Source: Hypanus sabinus (taxonomy: Eukaryota). From it: a DNA stretch of 64,000 nucleotides. Positions 47,677-60,940 of this stretch are shown here, one piece after another. The translations under genes and the position numbers were made by a program. The notes below the pieces were generated by a model. That model saw nothing but the letters and a program-made list of their open reading frames with translations. It did not search any database and had not been told where the DNA came from. The first letter of the stretch is position 1, and each line of letters opens with the position of its first letter. The stretch lies in contig NC_082708.1 of NCBI RefSeq assembly GCF_030144855.1, positions 52,886,001-52,950,000 on the forward strand, written 5' to 3'.

Positions 47677-49286
47677 CAAACCCCATTTCCAGAAAAGTTG
47701 GGATATTTTCCAAAATGCAATAAAAACAAAAATCTGTGATATGTTAATTCACGTGAACCTTTATATAACTGACAAAAGTACAAAGAAAAGATTTTCAATA
47801 GTTTTACTGACCAACTTAATTGTATTTTGTAAATATACACAAATTTAGAATTTGATGGCTGCAACACACTCAACAAAAGTTGGGACAGAGGCATGTTTAC
47901 CATTGTGTTACATCCTTTTAATAACACCTTGTATTCGTTTTGGAACTGAGGATACTAATTGTAGTAGATTTGCAATTGGAAATTTTGTCCATTCTTGCTT
48001 GATATAAGACTTCAGCTGCTCAACAGTCCATGGTCTCCATTGACTGATTATCCTCTTCATGATGCGCCATACATTTTCAATAGGAGATAGATCTGGACTG
48101 GCAGCAGGCCAGTCAAGCACACGCACTCTGTGTCTACAAAACCACGCTGTTGTAGCCCGTACAGAATGTAGTCTGGCATTGTCCTGCTGAAATAAGCATG
48201 GACGTCCCAGGAAGGGATGTCCCGGGAAGAGACGTCACCTTGATGGCAACATATGTCTCTCTTAGATCCTAATATATACCTCAGAGTCAATGGTACCTTC
48301 ACATACATGCAACTCACCCATGCCGTAGGCATTGATGCACCCCCATACCATCACAGATGCTGGCTTTTGTACCTTTTGCTGATAACAATCAGGATGGTCA
48401 TTTTCATCTTTGGCACGGAGAACTTGACACCCGTTTTTTCCAAAAACTAGCTGAAATGTGGACTCATCTGACCACAGCACATGGTTCCACAGTCTTTCGG
48501 TCCATCTGAGATAAGCTCAGGCCTAGAGAACTCGCCAGGGTTTCTGCATAGAGTTGATGTATGGCTTCTTCCTTGCGTAATACAGTTTCAAGTTGCATTT
48601 CTGGATGCAGCGACGGACTGTGTTTGGTGACAATAGTTTTCTGTAGTACTCCCGAGCCCAGGTGGCTATAATTGTCACAGTAGCATGACGGTTTCTTAGG
48701 CAGTGCCGCCTGAGGGCTCAAAGATCACGCGCATTCAACAGTGGTTTCCGACCTTGCCCTTTATGCACTGAGATGTCTCTGAATTCTCTGAATCTTTTCA
48801 CAGTATTATGTACAGTAGATGTTGAAAGACCAAAATTCTCTGCTATCTTGCGTTGGGAAATGTTCCTTTTGAACTGACTAACAATTCTCTCACGAATTTT
48901 GGCACAAAGGGGTGAGCCACGACCCATCCTTGCTTGCAAAGACTGAGCCTTTGATGGATGCTACTTTTATACCCAGTCATGATCCCTCACCTGTTACCAA
49001 TTAGCCTGCTTAATGTGGATTCTTCCAAACCAATGTTACTTGAATATTCTGTGCACTTTTCAATCTTATTTTAACTCTGTCCCAACTTTTGTTGAGTGTG
49101 TTGCAGCCATCAAATTCTAAATTTGTGTATATTTACAAAATACAATTGTTGGTCAGTAAAACTATTGAAAATTTTTTCTTTGTACTTTTGTCAGTTAAAT
49201 AAGGGTTCACGTGAATTAACATATCACAGATTTTTGTTTTTATTGCATTTTGGAAAATATCCCAACTTTTCTGGAAATTGTGTTTG
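47677..49286 (-). mobile_element. Full-length Tc1/mariner element (IR/DR type, ~1.6 kb) with inactivated DD34E-type transposase
   Basis: TA TSDs at 47675-76 and 49287-88. ~215-bp TIRs (47677-~47890; ~49075-49286) with AAAAGTTGGGA at both ends. Minus-strand MGRGSPLC...GRKP, WSDESTF, VMVWGC, SPDLSPIENVW in one frame with premature stops. Confidence 0.95.
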
Positions 49287-49319
49287 TAAGATCAAGCACG
49301 ATCTGTTGGGGGAGGGGGG

Positions 49320-49875
49320 AGGAGTTGTTGACATTTCAGGTTGAAACCCTGCATCGGGAAAAAGTGGAGAGAAGAGATGGCATGTGTTATAGGAGAGAGG
49401 GTTGTTGAGCAGACACTAGTGGACTTGAGGGTGAGTGAAGTGCAGATCAGGCTTGGTAGGAGTGGGGAAGTGTGAATTTGGAGGATAGATGGGCTGATGA
49501 TAAATGGTGGCAGATGGAACCAGATAAGGTGAAGGGAGAGTGAAGATGAAAACACCTCTTCCCCACCCCACCCCCGTCACCTAGATCTCTCCTACAATCC
49601 AATTGCCTGTCTCTCAATTCCACCCTCCCTCCAGCTGACTTGTTCCACCCATTATCATTCACCTCCCTTCCCCCCCACCCTCATCCTCCGTCTGTGTCAA
49701 GCCCCTAACTCAAGCCTATGTCCACTACTATTAACTACCTTCCTCTTCACCCTTAGTGCTGATACAGGGTGTCAATTCAAAGTGTTGATAGTTCCTTTCC
49801 TCTGTGGATGCTGCTCAACCCACTGAATTGCACCAGCAGATTGTTCTGGATTCCAGCATCTACAGTCTCTTGTAT
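49320..49875. repeat. Palindromic Penelope-associated repeat
   Basis: Purine-rich arm mirrored by a pyrimidine-rich arm; TTGACATTTCAGGTTGAAACCCTGCATC vs GATACAGGGTGTCAATTCAAAGTGTTGA. Confidence 0.55.
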
Positions 49876-50216
49876 CTCATTCTGTGTAAAAGTGCTTACT
49901 TTCTAAATATGCCCCATGTTTATCCACTTATTTTGTAAATCAACTGGAAAATAATTTCTAGAGACTCTGAGCTTGATTTGCTATTATTGCCTCATCCAGC
50001 TCTTTAAAATGTTAATGTGTTTGTGTGCCTGCTGCTTTTGAACTGCTCCCTTTGGGTTAGTTTAATTTCTCTCCTGGTTCTAACTTGCCTTGCTAATTAA
50101 AGCGCATAATCACAGGACAGATCTGAACTCTATCCAAACGCAGCAGGACTGCCTCCCATGAACTAAGTGATCATTTTTGGATAGAATACAGGATTTTTTC
50201 CCATTGTATCTTAAAG

Positions 50217-50287
50217 GGACGGATGAGGTTGTTGGTCCTGAAGGAATGGAAAAATTTTGTGAAGATATAGGTGTGGAGCCTGAAAAT
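50217..50287 (+). CDS. DCUN1D5: DCN1-like protein 5, coding exon 3
   Basis: [24 protein letters not shown]; taaag|...|gtaagt. Confidence 0.96.
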
Positions 50288-50999
50288 GTAAGTTTAATCT
50301 TCTTTAAAAAATATTAAAATAACTGTTAATGAAGTAATGGTAATGAAATTATTTTTAAGCAATATGAAATGCCTTATCATTAATAATTTGTAAGTATGCT
50401 GCCACTTTTTTAGATTATCTTCTGTTCTTTTAACAAAGCATCACTTTGCTAGGCTTGTGCAGTTGGAACGTCTTAAATTAAATTAGTTGAAAATATTAAA
50501 GATTAGGGAAAGCAAAAGATTTGCTTTAAAATAATTACATGATGAAGATGGGGGTAAAGTAGTTACTAAAAGAAGGTATAGGAGATGTGTTGGATTATGA
50601 TGATGAAGTTTTCATTGGGAATGTCAATGGGTTAGGAAGAGGGTATTGTGATTGTTATGAAAGGTTTTCTTTTTGGTTGCTGCACTATGAACAGAAGAAC
50701 CATCTCTTCAGGGAGAAATGCAAGATCCAAATTATTTCTATGAATCGGGGCACTGTCAGTCTATAAGTAAAAGCCCTAACATGCAATTTGGATCTGTAAG
50801 TTTAAAAGAGATATGATAAAGTAAGAAATTTGATTTTATTTATTCTCCGAAAACAGCCCTGTGTTATTTGATGCTCCCTAACTCTTCTGTCAATCTGTTG
50901 CAGAAAGCAGCACCTAAATTGGCAGGTTCAAAATTTAGGATTGCAAGGTGTTGAGGAAGATGAATCAAACAGTGCATGAGGCAAACTCTATATTCGGAC

Positions 51000-53025
51000 A
51001 CTTGTTCCCACGGACCTTGTCAAAGGCTAATGCAGAAATTGCAGGGACCCTAAGCAGAGATATTTAAAATGTCCTTGGCCACAGGTGAGGTGCCAGAGAA
51101 TTGGAGGATAACTAGAGTTGTTCTGGTGTTTAAGAAAGGATTTAAGAATAAGCCAGGAAATTATAGGCTGGTGAGTCTTACATCAGTAATGGGTAAGGTA
51201 TTCTAAGGGACTAGATATGTGTTTGGATAGGCAAAGACTGATTAGGGATAGCCAACATGGCTTTGTGTGTGATAGGTCATGTCTAACCATTCTGAAAGTT
51301 TATTCAAAAAAGCTACCAGGAAAGATTGTGAACGCAAGGTAGTGTGTGTAATCTACATGGACTTTAGCATGGCCTTTGACAAAGTCTAGTGTGGAAGGCT
51401 AGTCAAGAAGGTTTAGTCACTTAGCATTCAAGATAAAGGAGTAAATTGGATTAGATGTTGGTTTCGGGGGGTAGAAGCCAGACAATGGTAGTAGATGGTT
51501 GCCTCTCTGACTGGAGGCCTGTGACTGGTAGTGTGCTGCAGGAATTGGTGCTGCATCTGTTCTTGTTTGTCATCTATATCAACGATCTGGATGATTAATG
51601 TAGTAGATTGGATCAGCAAATTTGCAGATGACTCTTAAGATTGAGGATGTAGTGGACAAGAGGAAGACCATCAAAGCAGCAGCGATATCTAGACCAGCTG
51701 GGAAAATGTGCTGAAAAATGGCCTGGTGTGTCTTGGGAGTACTTGGAAGATTGAAAGCAGTGAGCTGGCTGCGTGCCCAGAGAGCAGAGTTCTTTGGGCA
51801 CTGAGCTCGGTAAAAGCGATGCTACAGATTTTTAACATCATAAATTAGCAAGTTGTTTGTTATGCCTCACCTCTCGCTGCGAAACAGAGACATCTCTTTT
51901 TCCCTTACTAGGGAGAGAGAGCCTGTGGTGTGTCCAATACCGGGTGAATGAGCAGTCTTTGGGGTACTGCAAGTCTGTGGCTTTATTGATGTTTGCTGCT
52001 TGCTTGAGTGCTCGGTGGGGGGTGCCGATGCTTTCTTTTTGCTGGTGGGGGAGGGGGATCATTGTTTTGCTGCTGCTTGTGCGTGGGAGTGGGTGCTGGA
52101 AAGGGTTTTGGGGTTCTAACTAACTTATCATTCGTTCCTTGGGACACTCCTCTGTTTTCTTGGATGGCTGCGAAGAAAAAGAATTTCAAGATGTCTATTG
52201 TATACATTTCTCTGGCATTAAATAGACCTTTGAAACTTTGAATGCAGGCAAGTTTGAGGTGTTGCTCTTCAATCGGACCAACCAGGTAGGGCTTGCAGAG
52301 TAAATGGTAGGGCACTGAGAAGTGCAGTAGAGCAAAGAGATCTGGGAATACAGGTCCATAACTCATTGAAGGTGGCATCACAGGTAGATAGGGTCATAAG
52401 GTAAGCTTTTGGCATATTAGCCTTCAGTATAACATCCCAACTCCTGTACTTAATACTTTGATTTATGAAGTTGTACAAGATGTTGGTGAGGCCAAATTTA
52501 AAGTATTGCCAGCAGTTTTGGTTACCTATCTAAAGGAAAGGTGTCGATAAGATTGATAGCACAGAGAAAATTTGTAGGGATGTTGCCAGGACTTAAGGAC
52601 CTGACTTGTAGTGAAAGGTTGAATAGGTTAGGACTTTATTCCCTAGTGCATAGAAGAATGAGAGGAGATTTGATTGAAGTATACAGAATTGAGGATCATA
52701 GATGGGGTAATGCAAGCAGTCTTTCTCCACTGAGGTTGGCTAGGTCTAGAAATAGGTCATGAGTTAAAGGTCAAAAGTAAAATGTTTAACGAGAACATGA
52801 GGGGGAACTACTTCACTTAGTGTGGTGAGAATGGAACGAGCTGTTAACGGAAATGGATGCAGGTTCAGTGTGAACATTTTAGAGAAATTTGGATAAGTAC
52901 ACGGATAGGAGGGTATCGAAGACAATGGTCCAGGTGCAGTTGGATGGGACTAGGCAGATTAATAGTTCGGTATGAACTAGATGGGCCAAAGGGTCTGTTT
53001 CTGTGCTGTAGTGTTCTATGACTAA
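51000..53025 (+). mobile_element. Decayed CR1 LINE with nested repeat (~51720-52240)
   Basis: Motifs for PGNYRLVSLTS, QHGF, YMDFSMAFDKV, SKFADD, RRMRGDLIEVYRI; CR1 tail TGTTCTATGACT. Confidence 0.85.
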
Positions 53026-53847
53026 CTGTATTTAGAAATTCTTAAAGATGGCGGGGGGGCGTTTGTCAGAGAATCAAGAGGTCAAAGGAATGATCATTAA
53101 ATATAAGGTTGACAGTAATGGGAGAGGAAAGATTGTGTTGCTTTGATAGTTAATGCTTGATTCATATTCAAAGTCATTGAGACGTCGTTTGAATCCAAGA
53201 CTCCATTTTGTCACACTCTCAAGTTATAATTTCCTGCTTTGTAGGAAACTACCATTGTAGTTTTGCAATATTTTTCTTCCAGCAATTTGAATGTTATTAT
53301 AAAATATTTACATTTGTCTTTACATAATGTGACAAAAATTTTAGTACGTAGCTATATATGGTTAAATAAAATGTTTCTTGTGAGTAGCCCTCAGAATTCA
53401 GCTATATCTCATGTAATTTGGGATCTGATGACTGTGGTTTTTGGAAACTTAGATCAACAATACACAATTTAAAAATAAGGTAATTCTGAGAGCCAGGTAC
53501 ATAACGTGAGCTTTATTTGCCACTAAGCTTCTAGAATCATGAAATTATAGAATTGCTATGGGAGACAAGGAAGCCATTCAACCATTTAATTGTTTATCAG
53601 CTCCTCTTAGAATGATCCTGTTGCTCCTTGTTTCAACACTTTTTCTTCTCCATAACCCTGCAATTTGTTTTTTTTTCAAATCACTTAAATGCTTAACTAT
53701 CTTGCACCACCCTTGCTATCAGTAAGTACCATTTCATAATTACTTGCTGAATAAAAAGGTTGTTTTCTCTTTACGTACTTTGCCCGCACATCACACCTGT
53801 GCCCTCCAGTATTTGTCCTGTCCACGAATGGGTACAGTATCCATATA

Positions 53848-56079
53848 CAGTGGATTCCAGTTAATTGGGCCATCGGTTAATCAGGCAGCAGCTTATTTGG
53901 TACAACTCTTAAACAACAAAAACTAGTTGAGGAAATGGTTAGGATTCCTTTGCTTATTTGAGACACCGCCACTTAATTGGGACAGGTGACTCTTGCTGAA
54001 CAGTTTCTAACTGACGTCAGTCACATGCACTTCATGTGCTGGTAGACACGACACCACGCTAGAGTGAACAGTTTCTTGTGTTCAGAAAACGTTGATCTTT
54101 GTCAATGGTGGTTGGCAAGTAATAAAAAGTAAGACAATTCAGAACTGTGTTGCTCACTGTGGTTTCAAGTATTCAGGTTTGGAAATGCCAAAAAAAATTT
54201 GCTGGGAATGAAAATGAAATCATTTCACTCAGTTCAAAGTAGGTTTATTATCAAAGTACATATGTCACGATATACAACCTTGAGATTCATTATCTCGCAG
54301 GTATCCTCAATAAATCTGTAGGACAATAATAGCCATTATGGAAAGACCACATCAACTAGTGCATTCAACCAGTGTGCCAAAGGCAACTGTGCAGATACGA
54401 AAAGAAAGCAATAATAAATATATAATCAAGAGCAGGAGATGAGTCCTTGAAAGAGTCTGTAGGTTGTGGGACTATTTCAATGATGGGGCAAGTGAAGTTA
54501 TCTCATTTGCTTCTGGAGCCCGAAGGTTGAGGAGTAATAACTGTTCCTGAACCTGATCATGAGTCCTGAGGCTCCCATACTGCGTTCTTGAAGGCAGCAG
54601 TGAGAAGAGAGCATGACCTGGGAGGTGGGGGGTCCCTGGTGATGGATGCTGCTTTCCTACAACAGCACTCCACGTGGATGTGCTCTGTGGTGGGGAGGGA
54701 TTTACCTGTGATGAACGGGGCCATATCCCTACTTTTTTGTCAGACTTTCTGTTCAAGGGCATTGGTGTTTCCATACCGGGCTGTGATGCAGCCTGTCAAT
54801 ATACTCTCCACCATACATCTATAGGAATTTGTGTTTTAGATGTCATGCCAAATCTTCGCAAACTTACAAGGAAGTTGAGGTGCTGCCTTTGTAATTGCAC
54901 TTGTGTGCTGGGCACCAGGACAGATCCTCTGATAATTGGCTCACGGATCTCTGGTTTCCTCCTACTGAAGTCAATAATTAACTCCTTGTTCTTGCTGACA
55001 CTGAGTAAGAGGTTGTTGTTATGGCACCACTCAGCCAGATTTTCAATCTCCCTCCTATATGCTGATTTGTCACCACCTTTGATTTGACTAATGACATTGG
55101 TGTCATTGGCATACTTGAATTTGGCATTGGAGCGACACAGTCATAAGTGTCAAGCAAGCAGAGCAGGGGACTAAGCACACAGCCTTGTAGTGCACCTGTA
55201 CTGATGGGAGATTCTGGAGAGATGCAGTTGCGAATCCAGTCTGACTGGGGTCTGCAAGTGAAGCAGTGGAGGATCCAATTGCACGAGGTATTGAGGCCAA
55301 GGTCTTGCTAGTTGATTAGTTTTGAAGGGCTGCTGGCAATGAATGCCTGAGGTGTCAACGATAAAGAGCATCCTGATGTATTCATCTTTGCTGTCCAGAT
55401 GTTCCAGGGTTGAGTGAAGAGCCAATGATTCGGCATCTGCTGTGGAGCTGTTGTGCCAGTTGGCAAATTGGAGTGGATCCAAGTCGCACTTCAGGCAGGA
55501 GTTGATATGTTTCATCACCAACCTCTCAAAACACTTAATCAATGTGGATGTAAGTGCTACTGGACAATAGTCATTGATGCAGTTTACAACATTCTTCTTG
55601 GGCACCAGTATAATTGAAGCCTATTTGAAGCATTTGTGTACCTTGGACTGCTGAACAGTCCGGCTAGTTGATCAGCACAGGTCTTGTCACTACTTCAAGT
55701 TAGGAGCTACGAAGAATTTAAAAGTATCGACAACAATCTTGAATGTTACAATGAAAACGAAGATTTGGAGGATGCAGTCGTCGAAAGCATCATATGAAGG
55801 CAGTCCATTATCTGCACTTAGTGGCTGGCTAATTTTGTTCATTTACATTCAATCGAAAGAACATAGCCCATACACTGGATGAACTCCATTGATAACTATT
55901 AGGAACTAGTACACAGTTTTATTCTATAGCTCTAACTTGTGCTGTATTTCAGTTAAACAGTTTGCTTTTTTTAAATACCTTTTAAACTATTTCCATGAAA
56001 CTTCTGCTAATTGAAGTGGCCAATTCATTGGGCTAAACTGTACTAATCTCGATGTGCTCCAGTTAACTAGAATCCACTA
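53848..56079 (+). mobile_element. Non-autonomous Tigger MITE of the TIGD-parent family, split by a Rex1-type LINE
   Basis: TA+CAGTGGATTCCAGTTAATTGGG ... CCAGTTAACTAGAATCCACTA+TA. Internal 54098-54230 and 55687-55900 match the 3' part of the TIGD ORFs. Confidence 0.88.
54232..55683 (-). mobile_element. Decayed Rex1/Babar-type LINE
   Basis: Minus ORF NDYCPVALTSTLIKCFERLV...LDPLQFA...STADAESLALHSTLEHLDSKDEYIRMLF. Confidence 0.9.
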
Positions 56080-57567
56080 TATTTAACCTACCCAAACCAG
56101 TCATGATGATGATGTGCAAGTCTGTTAAATCTTCTCTTAATCTTCTTTGTTCTCTGAAAAGCCCCACCTTCTCCAGTCCAACCTCATAGGATCGATTAGG
56201 GAATTAGGCCATTTGGTCTCCTGCAGCATTTGATCATAGTTGATTTATTTTCCCTCAAATCCCTTTCTTCTCTCTTTGCCCCATAACCTTTTAACACCTT
56301 TACTTACTCAATCATAGAACCATCCTAATATATATTTTCTGAAATGTTTCCACCATTTTTACCTTCTTACAGTGGGCTGAACTGGATGCAAAACTCATGG
56401 TGCAGCCCAAGCAAGTCTTTGTATTGGACCAACATATTTATGCAGGTTTGCCCAACCAAATTTAAACATCTTGCCTCACCAGAGCACTAATAAAATGGGC
56501 CCAAGGGGAAGGAGCTAATTCAAAACTCCAGTAATTTGACACACTTGGGACTGTGGCTTCATACTAACAGATTTTCTAGACAATTGCATTTAACTCCTAT
56601 TTATACAACATATGTACTTTCAATTTTATTTCCTTATATGTTGCATTGTAGTAGAACAGGCGAGTTTAAAAGGAGTGCAAGAAGTGGGCCAAGTACAAAA
56701 TCCAGGATTTTTGAACACGGACAAAACTGCTTTATCATAGAAATGGGTCAAGTTTCTACCAGACAACTCCCTAGATGCAATATACACTGCTTCTGCTTAC
56801 ATTGTAAGTGGGTGGTTGGTAACAACTTCCCTGCCTTTCTTAACTCCTCTCTACCCAATAGAAATTCCCAACAATGACATCAACACCAAGCTCCAGAACT
56901 ACAATTCCAGGCAAGGCTTTCTTGATCTAGCCAAGTGCAATATAATTATCCAAATTTGGGTATGAGTAGAGAGAATGCTGTGGCAGTCTTAGTTTTTCTT
57001 TAATCTGCCCATAATTGTCCAACACCTGTCTCTGCAGATGCTCCGAACAATTCTAGTATCCATAAACATTGCAGAGCATATAAGTTGGCTCTAACCACCA
57101 CGTGTGGCATTCTAGAATACCAGGTGTGTGTTGACTAGCTCTGTAGTGTTTTGGCATCATGTGCCTGGCTGCTGATCTACTTGTTCACATCAAGAGATTA
57201 TTTGGAAGTCAGTAACAAACTACATAATCAATAGTCAGCAGGCTTCTTCAAAAATGAAAAACTGGGTCAAAAATGGTCTAGTGCCATTGCTATAAGCTGG
57301 TGGAAATTGCAAGAATTGCTGCGTACCTGTTAATGATTGTCAAACTACATAAGATAATATTTACTTAGCGCGATGCATTCAAAGGTGCAGCATATACGTG
57401 AAAGAGGGACATGTCAGCCAAAATTAACTTGACTCCTCGGCCACATTGGTGGTTGTGGGCTGGTCATAAAGGCTGACCTTGTGGACTAGGGTGGCCCGAA
57501 GGTTGCATGTTGTAGACAAGTGATTTAGATGTGATAAAAGTGCACCTAATTTTTTTTTTGTCTGCAG

Positions 57568-57659
57568 ATTATCATGTTAGTATTGGCATGGAAGCTGGAG
57601 GCTCAAAACATGGGTTTTTTCACTAAAGAAGAATGGTTAAAAGGAATGACGTCATTACA
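57568..57659 (+). CDS. DCUN1D5: DCN1-like protein 5, coding exon 4
   Basis: [31 protein letters not shown]; ctgcag|...|gtaaga. Confidence 0.97.
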
Positions 57660-57870
57660 GTAAGACATCTCAATGATTGTTCTGCAATAAAATTTTAAAG
57701 TTATGGCATGATGTTTCATTTGTTTAATTGCTAATCAAATTTATTCTATAAGTTGTACTTATTACCAGTAAACTTGTACATAACAAGTATAAAAAATTTC
57801 CAGTTTACTCTTATGGATTTTTGCTTGGGAAATTCTGATTTTCTTTTAATGCAGTATTTGTTTAACCTAG

Positions 57871-57979
57871 ATGTGACTGCACAGAGAGGCTACAGAGCAA
57901 ATTTGATTATTTGCGTTCACAACTCAATGACCTATCAGCTTTCAAACAAATTTACAGATATGCCTTTGATTTTGCTAGA
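57871..57979 (+). CDS. DCUN1D5: DCN1-like protein 5, coding exon 5
   Basis: CDCTERLQSKFDYLRSQLNDLSAFKQIYRYAFDFAR; cctag|...|gtaagg. Confidence 0.97.
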
Positions 57980-58077
57980 GTAAGGCAAAAATCATTTATT
58001 TCTATTGCAATGAATTTTGAATGATTTCTTCATTTGTTTTGAAAAAATGTCACGAAACCCTCTGTCTGCCCTTTTAG

Positions 58078-58182
58078 GATAAAGACCAGCGTAGCCTTGA
58101 TATTGATACAGCTAAGTCTATGTTAGCTCTGCTCCTTGGAAGAACATGGGCTCTGTTCTCTGCCTTCTACCAATTTTTGGAG
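58078..58182 (+). CDS. DCUN1D5: DCN1-like protein 5, coding exon 6
   Basis: [35 protein letters not shown]; tttag|...|gtactt. Confidence 0.97.
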
Positions 58183-58316
58183 GTACTTTGTTAATATTTG
58201 AATAATTCTCAAATGTTATTGCAAAAAAGTTATAACTACAACCACCAATTTTAACAAGGCAGTATCTGTGGAATTCTTATGAAATGTTTTTCATTATGCA
58301 TGTGCTCTCTTCACAG

Positions 58317-58419
58317 CAATCAAAGTACAGAGTTATGAATAAAGATCAGTGGTTCAATGTATTGGAATTCAGCAGAACTGTACTTGCAGATCTTAGCAAC
58401 TATGATGAAGATGGTGCAT
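58317..58419 (+). CDS. DCUN1D5: DCN1-like protein 5, coding exon 7
   Basis: [35 protein letters not shown]; cacag|...|gtaagt. Confidence 0.97.
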
Positions 58420-58502
58420 GTAAGTTCCTTTCCCTCATATCGGAAAATGCATTTATTCCAATACAGTTATAAACTAAATTATAATTTCAATTTTTTTTTC
58501 AG

Positions 58503-58558
58503 GGCCTGTGCTGCTTGATGAATTTGTTGAATGGCAGAAAGCAAGGCAGTCATCATAA
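58503..58558 (+). CDS. DCUN1D5: DCN1-like protein 5, last coding exon
   Basis: W-PVLLDEFVEWQKARQSS*. The eight exons sum to 696 nt (231 aa plus stop) with consistent phases; PONY/DAD-patch motif AWPVLLDEF. Confidence 0.97.
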
Positions 58559-60940
58559 CAAATTAGAGGAAAAGAGAAGGACAGGAGAGCAATAATGTTT
58601 TGCAATCCAACCAAACTATGTCTTTTAATTATGAAATGGAAAGTATTTGTCAAAAGCCATCTTTTATGCTAGCTACAGACTTTTCAGTGTTACAAGAGGG
58701 AAGAAGGTTTCCAAGTTGCATCTATATTAGGCATTTTATTATGTATTCATCAAATATGGCACCTGATGTTAGGATTTTGTCCAGTCTTGATTCTTAATGC
58801 TTTTGGCAATATCTGTTTATAACTTCCTAAGTACTTTGAAGCACATTTTAAAAATTATAGGTTTCCATTAAAAACAAATGATTTTTGTGTGTGACTGAGA
58901 GATGCAAGGCCTTGAAGTGTATGAATGCGATTTTTCAGTTATTGGAAAGTGTATACTAATGTATTGGAAATTTGCCATTCTGGTACCATACCAAAAACTT
59001 ACTGAACCTCATCATATTTTATTGTAACTATATAGCATTTTTTCTGTGATATACTATATCATTAGGTACTGGTGCTGTTCTAGGACTGTGAGCTCAGCGT
59101 TAATGGTAATGCCAGTAGCACCTCTGCGATGCCATGTAAAAGAGGATTATGTGTGATACAGATGTATGTTTAAACTTTTTTCTTCATTTACATTGTTAAG
59201 GTATCCACAGATTTGCCTGTTTTCAAAAGCTTTATTTATTTTATGTCCATTTTTAAGAACAAAATGGAATGTGGTCATATAAATCTGAATTAAGTGGGGG
59301 GGGGGGAATTATGTGATTGGAACTGCATATAATAGCCTTCATTATTTCATGAGCATGCATGTGGTTTTGACTACAGTTTTTAGTAACAGCAGATATGTTA
59401 CCACAGCTCTCAGTTGGCCCACTGAACTAAGTACATTGTGAGACTATACAGTATCAAATATTTGTCTCCAGGATAGAAAGCTGTAAATTAGCTTGAACTA
59501 AGTACTCTTATGCTGTTGGTTAGTAAAAGCTTTTGTATGAAGGTGACGCTGTGGGACCTTGAATTTAAAAGAAAATTCTTATGCTCATTAGCATCCAAAA
59601 TATGAATTGTAATTTTGACAGTGGAATTTTTGTGTATACAAAGTATGATCTAAACACTTAAGATTTGAAACACTGAAGGATAATTGTGGTGAATTATTTT
59701 ATCTTTTTCCCCTCAGTATTTCATATTTGAGCAGATTCTTATCAATTCTTGAATTTACTTTGTGCAGAAGATATTTGGGCAATTTAATTATTGGAACAGT
59801 ATGACAATTTCCAAAACACTAAAAGCTACTGATTTACTGTTCTCTCAAAAGCCCACAAAGTTAGAAGCAGAGTGGTGTTTTGGGATGCACTTTACACAGT
59901 TCTGTACATCCTAGTGCCAGTTAATATTAAAAGTAGTGTATTTTTGATGTTTTTTAAAAACATTTTAAAATTGTCATGAAGTCTTACAGATTTTTAACAA
60001 TGATTTAACAGTGCAAAGGGCTCAACACTCAAGATTGCTCAATTCTGAGTACTAATTATTTAATATATTACTCAGTAAATTGGTAAGATCTTGTACTGCC
60101 TTCACCCACCCTCTTGCATAAGATGAGCCATTATGCATCCGATTCCTGGAGCAAGAATTCAACCTGTGGTCTATTACACCACACACCAATCATCGTACCC
60201 AGTCTCTCTCAGTAACATGAATACAGCTTGTTAGTACAGAATCAGTTACTTGAAAATTTTGCTTTTTAAACTGCTAAATGATTTATTATGAGGTTTGTTT
60301 GAAATAATGGGGCTAGTTCTTCCCTGTTGTAAAGTAATTAATTTAATGAAATTTAGTCTCTGTATGTAGTACAGTGGATCTTTAAGCAAACTTTTTTTTC
60401 CCAGAAAGAAATCCTTACAGCCGGTAGGATACTTATTCAAAGGTATAAAAAATCTGGTATCAGAACTTCAGTTAATGTTATACAGCTGTTTTCTTAAAGT
60501 ACAAAGGATGGTTTTAAAATATATTTTGTTTTTAAAAGTTGATTTTTGTGATGTTGCCATATATTTTCACCCTCTGTGGATGTTTTAGATATCACTAGGA
60601 ACTAGCACATGAATGTCGGCTCTAGAAGTGTCAACAAGCTTCCCATCAGACTAACTGCCAAGCTAAGAAAATGAGTCTTTTGATACAGGCGATTTATTGA
60701 ATTCTTCAGACTTGAGTGCCGTCAATATGATACCCAAAGTCAGAATTCTTGAGATGCCTTGTAGGGGTTGTCATCTATGTCACTGTAAAGCTTTCTGGCA
60801 GGTGGACAAAAGCTATATAGATCTTGGTCTAGATGATGCATTGTAGTGCAAAAATTACACTGTCAGCATTCATCTTTCAAATTACTTTATTATTCATTGA
60901 AAATCACCTAAATAAAGTGCCCAACCAATTTCACTTTACA
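58559..60940 (+). other. DCUN1D5: Probable DCUN1D5 3'UTR
   Basis: AT-rich stretch with no recognisable repeats after the stop; AATAAA at 60911 (others at 61907 and 62338). True end unknown. Confidence 0.4.
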
